Source: Alphaproteobacteria bacterium
Lineage (GTDB): Bacteria > Pseudomonadota > Alphaproteobacteria > Rickettsiales > JABCZZ01
Assembly (NCBI GenBank): GCA_013288335.1
Contig: JABDCC010000006.1
Location: forward strand, 4,859-68,858
Length of the DNA: 64,000 bases
Reading direction: 5' to 3'
The position numbers and the translations under genes are program-made. The notes under the pieces were generated by a model. That model ran no database searches. It was given only the letters and a program-made list of their open reading frames with translations, and was not told the origin of the DNA. This document shows, piece by piece, positions 50,416 to 61,090 of the stretch; positions within the stretch are counted from its first letter, which is position 1; every line of letters begins with the position of its first letter.

Positions 50416-52548
50416 CTATATCTGACCAAGCGTTTTAATTTTCGCCCGTGCGTGAATTTCATTCTGCGAAAGCACAATAGTTGACGGACGGAACCGCTCC
50501 ACCACTGAGCGCACGTAAGGACGAATGAGCGGGCTTGTAAGCAGCACCGGATTCTCTCCCTGCATGGCAAACTGCTCATATTTTTTACGCATAACCGTAA
50601 TAAATTCATGAATCTTACTAGGAGCCATACTGAGCGAACGCTCTTCGTTGCCTGTTCCCGAAAGTGATTCAGAATAAGTTTGTTCCCATTCCGCAGACAG
50701 CGAAACAATTGGAATATACCCAGATTCATTTGTGCAGGCATGGCTGATCTGACGCGCTAAGCGCGTGCGGACATGTTCGGTGATGGTAGTGATATTCTGA
50801 CCAGCACGCGAGCCTTCGGAGATTGCCTCAATAATGGTCGGCAAATCACGAATCGATACATGCTCAGAAAGCAGACTTTGCAGCACTCGCTGAATACCGC
50901 TTATCGTTATCTGGCTTGGTATGACCTCACTGATGAGTTTCTGCTGGGCTTTTGGCAACTCGTCGATAAGTTTCTGCGTCTCCACGTAAGAGAGCATTTC
51001 CGGCATGTTATCTTTTACAATTTCGGTGAGATGCGTAGTCACCACTGTCGGTGGATCCACCACGGTGTAATTTTTAAACTGCGCTTCTTCACGGTACGTA
51101 TCGGGAATCCACATGGCAGGCAGACCAAAAGTAGGCTCTGAAGTTTCTTCGCCCGGAAGATCAATTTTGCCACCCGTTGGATTCATCACCAACAGTTGAT
51201 CGGCACGCACTTCTCCGCGTCCTGTTTCCACTTCTTTGACTTTTATGATATAAGTATTGGGTGGCAATTGCATATTATCCTGAATACGCACTGGTGGAAT
51301 AATGAATCCTAAATCGCGTGCCATTTGCTTGCGTAGCGCCTTAATCTGTTCCGTAAGGCGATGGCCTTTCTGGTAATTAATGAGCGGCAACAATCCGTAA
51401 CCAAGTTCTAAGCGTAATACATCAATATGCAGTGAATCGGTAATCAGTTCTTCAGGCTTAGCCTCAGCACCAGCTACAGCTGGTGCTCCTGGAACCCCTG
51501 GTTTTGCAGGCTGACCCGGAAGCACAGGTGTTTCTTTTTTCTGCTGCTGAATCATATACCAGGCAACATAACCCGTGATACCCGCAAGGGTTAGAAAAGG
51601 CACCGCAGGAATGCCTGGCATTATACCTACAAAAAATAATAATCCGCTGGTAACGCCAATAGCAGAAGGTGAACGACTTAATTGACCGAGCACCGCTTTT
51701 TCCGCAGAGCCCGAAGCACCCGCTTTGGTTACCAGAAGACCAGCAGCAGTAGAAACAATCAGCGCCGGAATTTGCGAGACCAACCCATCACCAATCGTAA
51801 GCACAGTATAGGTTTGCAATGCTTGTGAGAAGCTCAAATTCTTCTGCACCGTTCCGATGATAATGCCGCCGATAAAGTTAATGAAGGTAATAAGCATACC
51901 GGCAATAGCGTCACCACGTACGAACTTACTCGCACCATCCATGGCTCCATAAAAAGAACTCTCATCTTCCAATTCTTTGCGACGTGATTTTGCCGCTTTT
52001 TCGTCAATCAATCCTGCTGATAAATCGGCATCAATGGCCATCTGTTTTCCAGGCATTGCGTCCAAGCTGAATCGTGCGGAAACTTCGGCGATACGGCCAG
52101 AACCTTTGGTAATTACGACGAAATTAATAATAGTAAGGATCGCAAATATGATACTGCCAATAAGCACCGAACCCGCCATCACCATGGCACCGAATGCCTG
52201 AATCACATGGCCTGCAGCATCAGTTCCGAGGTGACCGTTAGACAATATAAGCCGCACTGAGGCAATATTGAGCGAGAGACGCAACATCGTTGCAATCAGC
52301 AAAATGGTAGGAAATGAACTGAGTTGTAGCGGCTTTTCAACAAACAAAACCGTCATCAGAATCAACACCGAAATCGTGATCGAGATACTGAGCAGCAAGT
52401 CGAGCACCTGCTTCGGAACCGGCACAAGCAACACCATAATGATTGCCATAATGCCGAGCGCGAAGAAAATATCGCCACGTTTAGACACTACCTTGGCACC
52501 CCATTGCAGCGTCGGCATATTCATGCCCATTTGTTGTTCGGCGGCCAT
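50416..52548 (-). CDS. flhA: Flagellar export gate protein FlhA
   Basis: RIAEVSARFSLDAMPGKQMAIDADL, FYGAMDGASKFVRGDA. Confidence 0.98.
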   Translation of the reverse strand: MAAEQQMGMNMPTLQWGAKVVSKRGDIFFALGIMAIIMVLLVPVPKQVLDLLLSISITISVLILMTVLFVEKPLQLSSFPTILLIATMLRLSLNIASVRLILSNGHLGTDAAGHVIQAFGAMVMAGSVLIGSIIFAILTIINFVVITKGSGRIAEVSARFSLDAMPGKQMAIDADLSAGLIDEKAAKSRRKELEDESSFYGAMDGASKFVRGDAIAGMLITFINFIGGIIIGTVQKNLSFSQALQTYTVLTIGDGLVSQIPALIVSTAAGLLVTKAGASGSAEKAVLGQLSRSPSAIGVTSGLLFFVGIMPGIPAVPFLTLAGITGYVAWYMIQQQKKETPVLPGQPAKPGVPGAPAVAGAEAKPEELITDSLHIDVLRLELGYGLLPLINYQKGHRLTEQIKALRKQMARDLGFIIPPVRIQDNMQLPPNTYIIKVKEVETGRGEVRADQLLVMNPTGGKIDLPGEETSEPTFGLPAMWIPDTYREEAQFKNYTVVDPPTVVTTHLTEIVKDNMPEMLSYVETQKLIDELPKAQQKLISEVIPSQITISGIQRVLQSLLSEHVSIRDLPTIIEAISEGSRAGQNITTITEHVRTRLARQISHACTNESGYIPIVSLSAEWEQTYSESLSGTGNEERSLSMAPSKIHEFITVMRKKYEQFAMQGENPVLLTSPLIRPYVRSVVERFRPSTIVLSQNEIHARAKIKTLGQI

Positions 52549-52578
52549 AAAATTAGTGGCTAATGTTAATGGTTAGTA

Positions 52579-53904
52579 TCAAGTGCCTGTTTGCCCTTCA
52601 TCACCGTATATTTTTAATTTATTGCGCAATGTGCGAATGGAAATACCCAGAATATTCGCGGCATGCGTACGGTTTCCGAGACAGTAATTAAGTGTGTCCA
52701 GAATGAGTTCGCGCTCAACACTTTCAACCGTGCGGCCAACGAGTTCACTTTTATTTAAAGCCCCTTCCGCTCCTGCTACATTGGCAGCTGCTGCTTCACT
52801 TAAGGGCGAGTTTGGCAGCGTGACCGCCTCCGGCGCAATATCACTACCACTAGCAAGCAGAACTGCGCGATGCATGATATTTTCAAGCTCTCTTACATTG
52901 CCAGGCCAGCTATAATGATGGAGTTTTTCAAGGGCGCCTTCAGAAAGTTTGCGCTCTACTACACCGTTGGCTTTGGAATATTTTGCGACAAAAAATTCAG
53001 CAATCGGTTTTATATCTTCTTTACGATCACGCAAAGGTGAGAGGTGAAGACTGATAACATTTAAACGGAAATATAGATCTTCGCGGAAAGTGCCTTTTTT
53101 AGTTTCCTGCTGCAGATCGCGGTTACTGGTAGCAACAATACGTAAATTTACTTTCACGGGCTTTGTGCCGCCCACCCTATCAATTTCGTGCTCCTGAATA
53201 GCGCGAAGCAGCTTCGCTTGCAGGCGAATATCCATTTCGCTGATTTCATCGAGTAAAAGCGTACCGTTATTGGCTTCCTCAAACTTACCAATACGCCGTG
53301 CAACTGCACCGGTGAATGATCCTTTTTCATGACCAAATAATTCTGATTCGAGCAATGCCTCGGGAATAGCCGCACAATTTACCGAGATAAAATTATTGCC
53401 TGAACGTTTACTTTTACGGTGAATATATTGCGCGATAACTTCCTTACCGGTTCCCGATTCTCCGGTAATCAAAATACTGGCGTCTGAGCCCGCCACCTGA
53501 TCAGCAAGCTCCAGCAAACGCTTCATTTGTGGTGATGCATGAATGACCGCATGCGCCTCTTCCGTAATGGCCTCCAGTACCGCCGCGATTAAATCTTCAT
53601 CTGGAGGTAGCGGTATATATTCTTTTGCACCTGCTTTGATAGCAGCAACCGCCACAGCGCTATCGGCCTGTACACCACAAGCAATGACCGGAACGATAAT
53701 ACGCTCAGCCTCAAGCTGGGTAACCAATCTTTTAATATCGGCCTTTGCCTCAATCATTATCATGTCCGCACCGTGCCCACCGCGCAGTGCAATAAATGCA
53801 GCGTCAATGGTGGGAGCTTGCGCAACTTTTGCGCCACGACTGCGAGCAATTCTGCTCGCTGCGCCGATTTGTCCCTCTAATTCACCAATAATCAATAAAC
53901 GCAT
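52579..53904 (-). CDS. flbD: Sigma-54-dependent flagellar activator FlbD
   Basis: Degenerate REC, GESGTGKE, GSFTGA, Fis HTH; fliN-flbD-flhA synteny. Confidence 0.92.
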   Translation of the reverse strand: MRLLIIGELEGQIGAASRIARSRGAKVAQAPTIDAAFIALRGGHGADMIMIEAKADIKRLVTQLEAERIIVPVIACGVQADSAVAVAAIKAGAKEYIPLPPDEDLIAAVLEAITEEAHAVIHASPQMKRLLELADQVAGSDASILITGESGTGKEVIAQYIHRKSKRSGNNFISVNCAAIPEALLESELFGHEKGSFTGAVARRIGKFEEANNGTLLLDEISEMDIRLQAKLLRAIQEHEIDRVGGTKPVKVNLRIVATSNRDLQQETKKGTFREDLYFRLNVISLHLSPLRDRKEDIKPIAEFFVAKYSKANGVVERKLSEGALEKLHHYSWPGNVRELENIMHRAVLLASGSDIAPEAVTLPNSPLSEAAAANVAGAEGALNKSELVGRTVESVERELILDTLNYCLGNRTHAANILGISIRTLRNKLKIYGDEGQTGT

Positions 53905-53905
53905 T

Positions 53906-54202
53906 TTAAACCTTATCCGTCTTAATAATTTCTGTCATGGTGACACCAATTCTGTCTTCCACTACCACCACTTCACCGCGCGCAATCAGTCGATTATTGA
54001 CAAATATATCAATCGGCTCGCCTACCTTGCGCTCAAGCTCAATTACCGCACCGCGTCCCAGTTTTAAAAGCTGGCTCACCTGCATGGAAGTGCGCCCGAG
54101 CACCACGGAAATCTGCACTGGAATATCATACACCGCCTCAAGGGTGACATTGCTGTCTCCTTCGCCGGTAAAAATATCTGTCATCTCTGAATCATTGGCC
54201 AT
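53906..54202 (-). CDS. fliN: Flagellar switch protein FliN
   Basis: DIPVQISVVLG, ARGEVVVV. Confidence 0.95.
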   Translation of the reverse strand: MANDSEMTDIFTGEGDSNVTLEAVYDIPVQISVVLGRTSMQVSQLLKLGRGAVIELERKVGEPIDIFVNNRLIARGEVVVVEDRIGVTMTEIIKTDKV

Positions 54203-54226
54203 TGTTAGCCTCCTTATGTTTTTCTA

Positions 54227-54922
54227 TTATTGCATCGACGTTTTGCTAATCACCGCTTCAACATCATTCCATAGTTTTGTGAAATCACGCTCAGCATATC
54301 CACCCCTCCACTCCACACGGTAATCATTGCCGGTGATAGCCTCATTTTCCTCTACGACTAACTCGCCTTTAAATCCGGGCAATAATGGGCGTAAATACTC
54401 AATCCTTTGTCTCAGACCATTTGCAAATTCCGGCGAAACTATAAAAGTCACTTTTGGCTCACCTATAATTAATCCGAGGCATTCGCGTAAAACCACTTCT
54501 ATACTTTCGTAAGGCTCGCGCTTTAAAGCCTCCCCTGCAATTTTACGCGATATTGCAATGACGAGCTTTCCCATCAAATCTTTTTGCTGCATCAGATAAG
54601 CAGTGTGCGCTTCTGCCGCTAAAGTGATCCGGTTAGAAATAACTTCCAGTAAATCCTTAATCGCCGCTTCATGCGCAGCGGCTTCCTGATTTATTTTTTT
54701 CTCTGCTGCCGCATAACCTTCTTTATAACCCTGCTCACGCCCTTCATGTCTTGCACTTTTCTTAGCCTCATCAATCAAAGCTTTCTGCTGCGCTTCAAGA
54801 TCAATAACAGGCTCTGTTATCAATGGTAATATTTCTTCTTCCTGCTTTGGCTGCGGTTCGCTTTGCTTAAAATTAGCAAAGCTGAAACGCTGAACGCGAG
54901 CAATATTTTGTTCCGGAGTCAT
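54227..54922 (-). CDS. fliH: Flagellar export protein FliH
   Basis: A.xEGxxxGxxEG repeat, RVEW.GG.AERD; between fliG and fliN. Confidence 0.88.
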   Translation of the reverse strand: MTPEQNIARVQRFSFANFKQSEPQPKQEEEILPLITEPVIDLEAQQKALIDEAKKSARHEGREQGYKEGYAAAEKKINQEAAAHEAAIKDLLEVISNRITLAAEAHTAYLMQQKDLMGKLVIAISRKIAGEALKREPYESIEVVLRECLGLIIGEPKVTFIVSPEFANGLRQRIEYLRPLLPGFKGELVVEENEAITGNDYRVEWRGGYAERDFTKLWNDVEAVISKTSMQ

Positions 54923-54956
54923 GTTTGTATGTCCCCATATATAAGGTTATTACTCA

Positions 54957-55979
54957 TCAATATACCATCTGATCTGCAGCGCCAGCTTCAGCGATAATTA
55001 TCTCACCTTTTGCCGCCAGATCTTTAGCAGCAACCACAATCGTCATCTGTGCTTCGTCAACATCACGTATACGTACAGGCCCCTTGCTCTCCATATCTTC
55101 ACGTAGAATTTTGGCTGCACGTTCAGACATATTATCAAAGAACAGGGTTTTGATAGTATCGGACGCTCCTTTGAGCGCAATAGTGAGTTTGTCTTTGTCG
55201 ATAACACGCATAAGCGCCTGAATACCGGCACCGTCGATTTTCTTTAAATCTTCGAAGGTGAACATGAGTGCTCTGATGCGATCTGAGGATTCTTTATCAC
55301 GTTCCTCAAGCACCTTCATGAAGCGTGATTCGGTATTACGATCGAAGTTGTTAAATATTTCCGCCATCATTTCATGGCTGTCACGACGCTGGGTCTTGGC
55401 AAGATTGCTCATGAATTCCATACGCAGAGTTTTCTCAATCCCTTCGAGCACTTCCTTCTTTACCGCTTCCATGGTAAGCATACGCATGATTACTTCGAGC
55501 GATAAATCTTCCGGTAATACCGTAAGCACACGCGCTGCATGATCAGGCTTAATCTTGGAAAGCACCAACGCGATGGTCTGCGGATATTCATTTTTTAAAT
55601 AGCCAGCTAATACTTCTTCACTGACATTACCAAGTTTATCCCAGGTGGTTTTACCCGCTGGACCGCGTATATCTTCCATGATGGAATCAACACGATCTTT
55701 GCCCAAAGCTTTTATAAGCAAGCGTTCGGCAGTATCATAAGTACCCACCACCGCGCCCGATGCCGTCATCTGTTCAGCAAATTCGACATAGAGACGTTCG
55801 ACAGTTTCTGAACTCACTTCACCAAGTGTTGCCATAGTACTGGAGATTTCCCGTATTTCCTCGTCATCCATCATGCCAAAAAGTTTGCCGGCACTTTCTT
55901 CGCCCACCGACATCAGAAGAATTGCTATCTTCTGTGGCCCGGTAAGTTTGCGATAATCATCTTTCTGGGGAGCTGCCAT
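54957..55979 (-). CDS. fliG: Flagellar switch protein FliG
   Basis: [22 protein letters not shown]. Confidence 0.97.
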   Translation of the reverse strand: MAAPQKDDYRKLTGPQKIAILLMSVGEESAGKLFGMMDDEEIREISSTMATLGEVSSETVERLYVEFAEQMTASGAVVGTYDTAERLLIKALGKDRVDSIMEDIRGPAGKTTWDKLGNVSEEVLAGYLKNEYPQTIALVLSKIKPDHAARVLTVLPEDLSLEVIMRMLTMEAVKKEVLEGIEKTLRMEFMSNLAKTQRRDSHEMMAEIFNNFDRNTESRFMKVLEERDKESSDRIRALMFTFEDLKKIDGAGIQALMRVIDKDKLTIALKGASDTIKTLFFDNMSERAAKILREDMESKGPVRIRDVDEAQMTIVVAAKDLAAKGEIIIAEAGAADQMVY

Positions 55980-55985
55980 AAATTT

Positions 55986-57632
55986 TTATGTCCGCTTTGC
56001 CGACCATTGGCGGATGACGTTCAGTGCTTCGTCAGGATGCCGTTCCACTAGTTCGTTGAGGCGATTAACTGTTGATGATTTCACCTTACCAGTCACACGA
56101 CTTATATCAATGGATTCTTCCTCAACCTCAGGAGCAGAGGGCACACCCGCAGGAGCGGGACGCTGGCCTTGGGCGCCGGACGCGGCACTCGTAAATAAAG
56201 GCGTTTGTGGCGCTCCCGTTGCTTCAGCATACGTCGCCGCTGCCATAGTGGTTTCGATAATGCGGCTCACCAATGGACGGATAACCAGAAGGATAACCAG
56301 CGCTGCCACCCCGCCAAACACGAGCGTCTGAATGACCCCATGGAGATCCTGTTTCAGCGATTCCAGCAGAGTAACGGTACCGCTTTCTTCAGCAAGCTCA
56401 ATGAAGCGCATATTAACGACGTCCACCTTATCACCACGCTTTTCGTCATAGCCGATAGCGGATTTAACGAGTGTATCAATCTGCTTAAGATCAGCTTCGC
56501 TACGCGGTGTGTAAATTTGTTTGCCTTTTTCATCTACATAATCGCCGTCTACCATTACCGCTACCGACAATTTATTGACCTTGCCGGTTTCCTGAACATG
56601 ATTTTGCACGGTTTTTGAAATTTCGTAATTAGTGGTTTCATCGGTTTTTGCTACGATACGACTCGAACCAGTCGCCGTATTGTTGGCCTGAGCATTGGGC
56701 AAATTATTAGCCACACTCGTATTTGAATTACCTTCTTTTTCACCCGATTGTTCTTTTTCTTCATCGGTCTGCACCGAGCGCGCAACCTGACCGTTTGGAT
56801 CGTAGGTTTCCGAATTAGTAACTACACGATCAAAATTGATGTCGGCATTCACAGTGACTTTTACTTTTCCAACACCCAAGGATTTTTCCAGCAAAGTCTC
56901 CAACGTAGTTTTTAAATGATTCTGATAAGATGTTGTGTATTCCTGAGCGGTCGATGCAGCGGTGGATGCATCATTATCATCACCACCACCGGAAAGCATA
57001 TGGCCTTTATTATCAAGCAGCGTCACTTTTGATGGCTTCAATCCAGGAACCGCAGCAGCAACAAGATGGGTAATTGCCGTCACCTGTTCTTTTGTCAGCT
57101 CAGAATTACCGCGAAGCTTGAGTAAAACCGATGCGGTTGGCTCCTGCTTTTCGCTATTGAACAATTCACGCTTAGGCACCACCAGATTAACCCGCGCCGA
57201 CTCTACCTGCGACAAGGAAGCTATAGTGCGTGACAACTCACCTTCAAGTGCGCGCAGCATATTCACATTCATTACAAAACTTGATGTACCCATCGTTTCG
57301 CTGCGATCAAAAATCTCATACCCCACCATAGAACCGCCGGAAGGAAGCCCTTGCTGGGCAAGTGATAAGCGCAGACGCAGCATTTGGTCAGAAGGCACTA
57401 AAATCTGAGTTCCATTAGCGCGCAACTCGTAAGGAACACCGGTTTTATCAAGCTCAGAAGCAATCCTACCGCTGTCTTCCAACGAAAGATCAGTATAAAT
57501 CGGCGACATTGCCTGAGAAGACATATGAGAAGAAAGAAAGATGAACAAGCCAATCAGCAAAACGCCTGTGAGAGCTAACACCGCCAGCTTCATCTGGCCC
57601 ATATCCCTGAACATCTGTAAAATGGGGTCCAT
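55986..57632 (-). CDS. fliF: MS-ring protein FliF
   Basis: VGYEIFD, RALEGEL.RTI, ASVLL, T.NYEISK. Confidence 0.97.
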   Translation of the reverse strand: MDPILQMFRDMGQMKLAVLALTGVLLIGLFIFLSSHMSSQAMSPIYTDLSLEDSGRIASELDKTGVPYELRANGTQILVPSDQMLRLRLSLAQQGLPSGGSMVGYEIFDRSETMGTSSFVMNVNMLRALEGELSRTIASLSQVESARVNLVVPKRELFNSEKQEPTASVLLKLRGNSELTKEQVTAITHLVAAAVPGLKPSKVTLLDNKGHMLSGGGDDNDASTAASTAQEYTTSYQNHLKTTLETLLEKSLGVGKVKVTVNADINFDRVVTNSETYDPNGQVARSVQTDEEKEQSGEKEGNSNTSVANNLPNAQANNTATGSSRIVAKTDETTNYEISKTVQNHVQETGKVNKLSVAVMVDGDYVDEKGKQIYTPRSEADLKQIDTLVKSAIGYDEKRGDKVDVVNMRFIELAEESGTVTLLESLKQDLHGVIQTLVFGGVAALVILLVIRPLVSRIIETTMAAATYAEATGAPQTPLFTSAASGAQGQRPAPAGVPSAPEVEEESIDISRVTGKVKSSTVNRLNELVERHPDEALNVIRQWSAKRT

Positions 57633-57752
57633 GAGATTATAACTCTTGAAAAGATACTATAGGCAAATTATTCCCCGTTAGCTATATTAATGCTGGTTGC
57701 GCCGCATATTACATATCTTATCAACAAGCGTCAAAAGAAATCTTGATCGCTA

Positions 57753-57773
57753 ACTAGGTAATTTTTGCCTAGT
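57753..57773. promoter_or_regulatory. Dyad resembling a FlbD ftr site upstream of fliF
   Basis: ACTAGGTAA-TTT-TTGCCTAGT; related half-copy TAGGCAAATTATTCCC at 57660-57675. Confidence 0.45.
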
Positions 57774-57836
57774 GTCATTTCTGCACGTTACTTTTTGGAC
57801 AAGGTTAGCGAATTTCTAGAAAGAAATTTAGAATTC

Positions 57837-57879
57837 GGGAATACGGGAAAGCGAAAAATTCTCAATTTCCCATATTCCC
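57837..57879. repeat. Intergenic inverted repeat (13/14 match)
   Basis: GGGAATACGGGAAA ... TTTCCCATATTCCC. Confidence 0.7.
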
Positions 57880-57955
57880 AATTTCTTATTTAAGAAACTT
57901 GTGAAAATCCTTCCAATCGGCTAAAGCTCAGAAATCACCAATCTTTATTAGCGTT

Positions 57956-59374
57956 ATGAGCAGCAAAAAACCTAAAAACTCAAAGTCACCCGCAAAATCC
58001 AACCCTATGTGGGGCGGGCAATTTGCCTCTGGCCCGGCAGGTATCATGGCAAAAATTAATGCCTCGATTGATTTTGACAAAAAACTCTACGCACAGGACA
58101 TCAAAGGCTCCATCGCCCATTGCGCTATGCTGGCGGCAAGCGGCATCATCAGTAAAAAAGAAGCTGCTGATATCACAGATGGGCTTCATAAAATTAAATC
58201 CGAGATTGATTCCGGCAGATTCACCTTTAAAGAAGCCCTCGAAGATATTCACATGAATATTGAAGCGCGGCTTGCTGAACTGATTGGCGACGTGGCCGGA
58301 AAGCTTCACACTGCGCGCTCACGCAATGATCAGGTGGCGCTTGATTTGCGCATGTATGTGCGCGATATGTCACTCACCATCGACGCATTTATAAAGGCCT
58401 TGCAATTAGCACTTATCACACGCGCCGAAGAATTCAGCAGCGCAATTATGCCGGGCTTTACCCATTTGCAAACCGCGCAACCCGTAACACTCGGCCATCA
58501 TCTGATGGCATATGTAGAAATGTTTGGCCGCGATCGCGCACGGCTCAAAAACCTGCTTGCTAATATGGATGAGTGCCCACTCGGCAGCGCAGCACTTGCC
58601 GGAACTTCCTTCCCTATTGATCGCATGCTCGTCGCAAAAACTTTAGGCTTTGCAAGACCCACCGCTAATTCGCTGGACTCTGTTTCCGACCGTGATTTTG
58701 CATTGGAATTCTTGAGCGCGGCGGCAATTACCGCTATGCATCTATCACGGCTCTCCGAAGAACTCATCATTTGGTCAAGCGCACCGTTTGGATTCATTAA
58801 ATTGTCTGATTTATTCTCAAGCGGCAGCTCCATCATGCCGCAAAAACGCAACCCTGACGCTGCCGAACTCGTGCGCGGGAAAACCGGACGCATTACTGGC
58901 TCACTGATGTCTATGCTCATGACCATGAAAGGCCTGCCGCTTGCTTATAACAAGGATATGCAGGAAGACAAAGAACCTGTGTTTGATGCAAGCCTGCAAT
59001 GGCAAATGGTACTTAGCGCTATGACCGGAATGATTTATGATTTCACCGCCGACAAGAAACGCATGCACGCCCTCGCAAATCAGGGATATTCGACTGCAAC
59101 GGATCTCGCTGACTGGCTGGTGAAGAATCTGAAAATGCCTTTCCGCCAAGCGCATCACACCACTGCAAAAATAGTAAAACTTGCGACGGACAAAAAATGC
59201 ACCTTGTCGCAGTTGAGCCTCACACAAATGCAGACCATTGAAAAACGCATTACTAAAGAGATATTTAATGTGTTAACCGTTGAACAATCGGTGGCAAGCC
59301 GGATAAGTTACGGCGGTACTGCGCCGGCACGCGTAAAAGAAGCAATCTTCGCCGCCAAAAAGAAATATTTATGA
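57956..59374 (+). CDS. argH: Argininosuccinate lyase
   Basis: [29 protein letters not shown]. Confidence 0.98.
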   Translation: MSSKKPKNSKSPAKSNPMWGGQFASGPAGIMAKINASIDFDKKLYAQDIKGSIAHCAMLAASGIISKKEAADITDGLHKIKSEIDSGRFTFKEALEDIHMNIEARLAELIGDVAGKLHTARSRNDQVALDLRMYVRDMSLTIDAFIKALQLALITRAEEFSSAIMPGFTHLQTAQPVTLGHHLMAYVEMFGRDRARLKNLLANMDECPLGSAALAGTSFPIDRMLVAKTLGFARPTANSLDSVSDRDFALEFLSAAAITAMHLSRLSEELIIWSSAPFGFIKLSDLFSSGSSIMPQKRNPDAAELVRGKTGRITGSLMSMLMTMKGLPLAYNKDMQEDKEPVFDASLQWQMVLSAMTGMIYDFTADKKRMHALANQGYSTATDLADWLVKNLKMPFRQAHHTTAKIVKLATDKKCTLSQLSLTQMQTIEKRITKEIFNVLTVEQSVASRISYGGTAPARVKEAIFAAKKKYL

Positions 59375-59580
59375 AAACTTCGCAGATTTTATTATGTGTA
59401 TTTTTGAGCCTGTTCCTTACCTCCTGCGGCATCAAGCGTCCGCTGGAGTTACCGGACAAAGAAAAACATAATTATAAGAAAGACGATACCCAAACTACGC
59501 CTTCCGATGATGACGATACTATGCAGGATTTATATGTAACGCCTACCACAAAACAAAAACCTCCACAAAATACACAGTAA
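59371..59580 (+). CDS. Small lipoprotein, LptM/LppL-like
   Basis: LTSCG.K.PL.LP; argH-lipoprotein-lysA synteny. Confidence 0.8.
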   Translation: MKTSQILLCVFLSLFLTSCGIKRPLELPDKEKHNYKKDDTQTTPSDDDDTMQDLYVTPTTKQKPPQNTQ

Positions 59581-59582
59581 CC

Positions 59583-60842
59583 ATGGATCATTTTACTTAC
59601 AAAAACTCAGCGCTTTTTGCTGAAGAAGTGGCGATTACAGAAATCGCTAAAGCCGTCGGCACGCCGTTTTACTGCTATTCCACGGCAACCCTTGTGCGCC
59701 ATTTTCGCGTATTCAAGGAAGCCTTTGCTGACCTCAATCCGCTCATCTGCTACGCAGTCAAAGCCAACAGCACACTTGGTATTTTAAAGACGCTTGCGAA
59801 TGAGGGAAGCGGTGCGGATGTGGTTTCCGCCGGAGAAATCCATGCGAGTTTAGCTGCGGGAATTATGCCAGAGAAAATTGTATTTTCAGGTGTCGGCAAA
59901 ACCCATGATGAAATGGTGTATGCGCTCTCCAAAGATATTTTCCAGTTTAATGTGGAGTCGGAATCAGAGCTTTTGTTGCTTTCTGATGCCGCGCATACGC
60001 TTAATAAAATCGCCTCCATTGCGCTGCGTGTGAACCCGGATATTGCGCCTGATACCCATGCAAAAATTTCTACCGGGCAAAAAGAAAGCAAGTTCGGTGT
60101 ACCAATTAAAGACGCAATTGCGCTTTATGCCAAAGCCGCAAAGCTGCCGGGCATTAAAGTGCAGGGTGTTTCTGTGCATATTGGCTCACAGCTTACTAAC
60201 CTCGCACCTTTTGCCAGCGCATTCACCCGCATTGTGAAACTCGTAAAAGAATTGCGCAAAAATGGCCATGAAATTACTACACTCGATCTCGGCGGCGGAC
60301 TTGGAATCCCTTATGGTAATCAGGAAGCACCACCCTTGCCAGTGGCCTACGCAGAAATTGTAAAATCCGCTACAAAAGGCATCAACTGCCAACTCATTTT
60401 TGAACCAGGACGGTTGCTGGTTGGCAATGCCGGAATATTGGTGACCAAAGTGATTTACGTAAAACATAGTGATGAACGCATTTTTGTGATTGTCGACGCC
60501 GGCATGAACGACCTGGTGCGCCCCGCCCTTTATGATGCCTATCACGATATTATTCCGGTGCATGTGAACCCTGATGCCCCGACCGAGCTTGTTGATATTG
60601 TAGGCCCCGTCTGTGAAACCGGCGATATTTTTGCAACCGGACGCTTACTAAAACTGCCTAAAGAAGGTGATTTACTTGCATTCCGCACGGCTGGCGCTTA
60701 TGGGGCTTCTATGGCATCCACCTATAACGCACGGCCTCTTATTGCGGAAATTATGGTAAATGGCAGCAATTATGCGACTTTGCGTCACCGCCAGACTTAT
60801 GACGAACTGATTCACCGCGATAAATTACCCGACTGGTTATAA
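59583..60842 (+). CDS. lysA: Diaminopimelate decarboxylase
   Basis: YAVKAN, HIGSQ, DLGGG, EPGR, GPVCE, GAYG. Confidence 0.97.
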   Translation: MDHFTYKNSALFAEEVAITEIAKAVGTPFYCYSTATLVRHFRVFKEAFADLNPLICYAVKANSTLGILKTLANEGSGADVVSAGEIHASLAAGIMPEKIVFSGVGKTHDEMVYALSKDIFQFNVESESELLLLSDAAHTLNKIASIALRVNPDIAPDTHAKISTGQKESKFGVPIKDAIALYAKAAKLPGIKVQGVSVHIGSQLTNLAPFASAFTRIVKLVKELRKNGHEITTLDLGGGLGIPYGNQEAPPLPVAYAEIVKSATKGINCQLIFEPGRLLVGNAGILVTKVIYVKHSDERIFVIVDAGMNDLVRPALYDAYHDIIPVHVNPDAPTELVDIVGPVCETGDIFATGRLLKLPKEGDLLAFRTAGAYGASMASTYNARPLIAEIMVNGSNYATLRHRQTYDELIHRDKLPDWL

Positions 60843-60885
60843 TTATAGTGATTTTCCGGTTTAACTATTATACTAAGCAGGGCAT

Positions 60886-60970
60886 GCGGGTGTGGCGAAA
60901 TTGGCAGACGCACCAGATTTAGGTTCTGACGTGGCAACACGTGTGGGTTCAAGTCCCTCCACCCGCACCA
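60886..60970 (+). tRNA. tRNA-Leu(TAG)
   Basis: Acceptor stem GCGGGTG/CACCCGC with ACCA end, anticodon loop TTTAGGT, long variable arm, GTTCAAGT; usual position before tig. Confidence 0.96.
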
Positions 60971-61090
60971 CCATATTGAAAACAGCGGAAAAAGTAATTG
61001 CTAAGCACACAGAACTGTGATTATTTGCCCCCTAATCACTACGAATGCCCTTATAAATAACCACAGAAAACCAACAGGAATGTAACGTAC

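Noticed and set aside
50388..50741. 117-aa ORF overlapping the flhA 3' end on the same strand
   Set aside because: Alternative frame inside an intact flhA; no evidence of a frameshift.
52551..52578. Degenerate 7-mer repeats (ACTAACC/ATTAAC/ATTAGCC/ACTAAT) between flbD and flhA
   Set aside because: Too short and degenerate to call; spacing does not fit a CtrA box.
60886..61090. tRNA-Leu as an integration site
   Set aside because: No integrase and no duplicated tRNA 3' end seen; the normal tRNA-tig context is intact.
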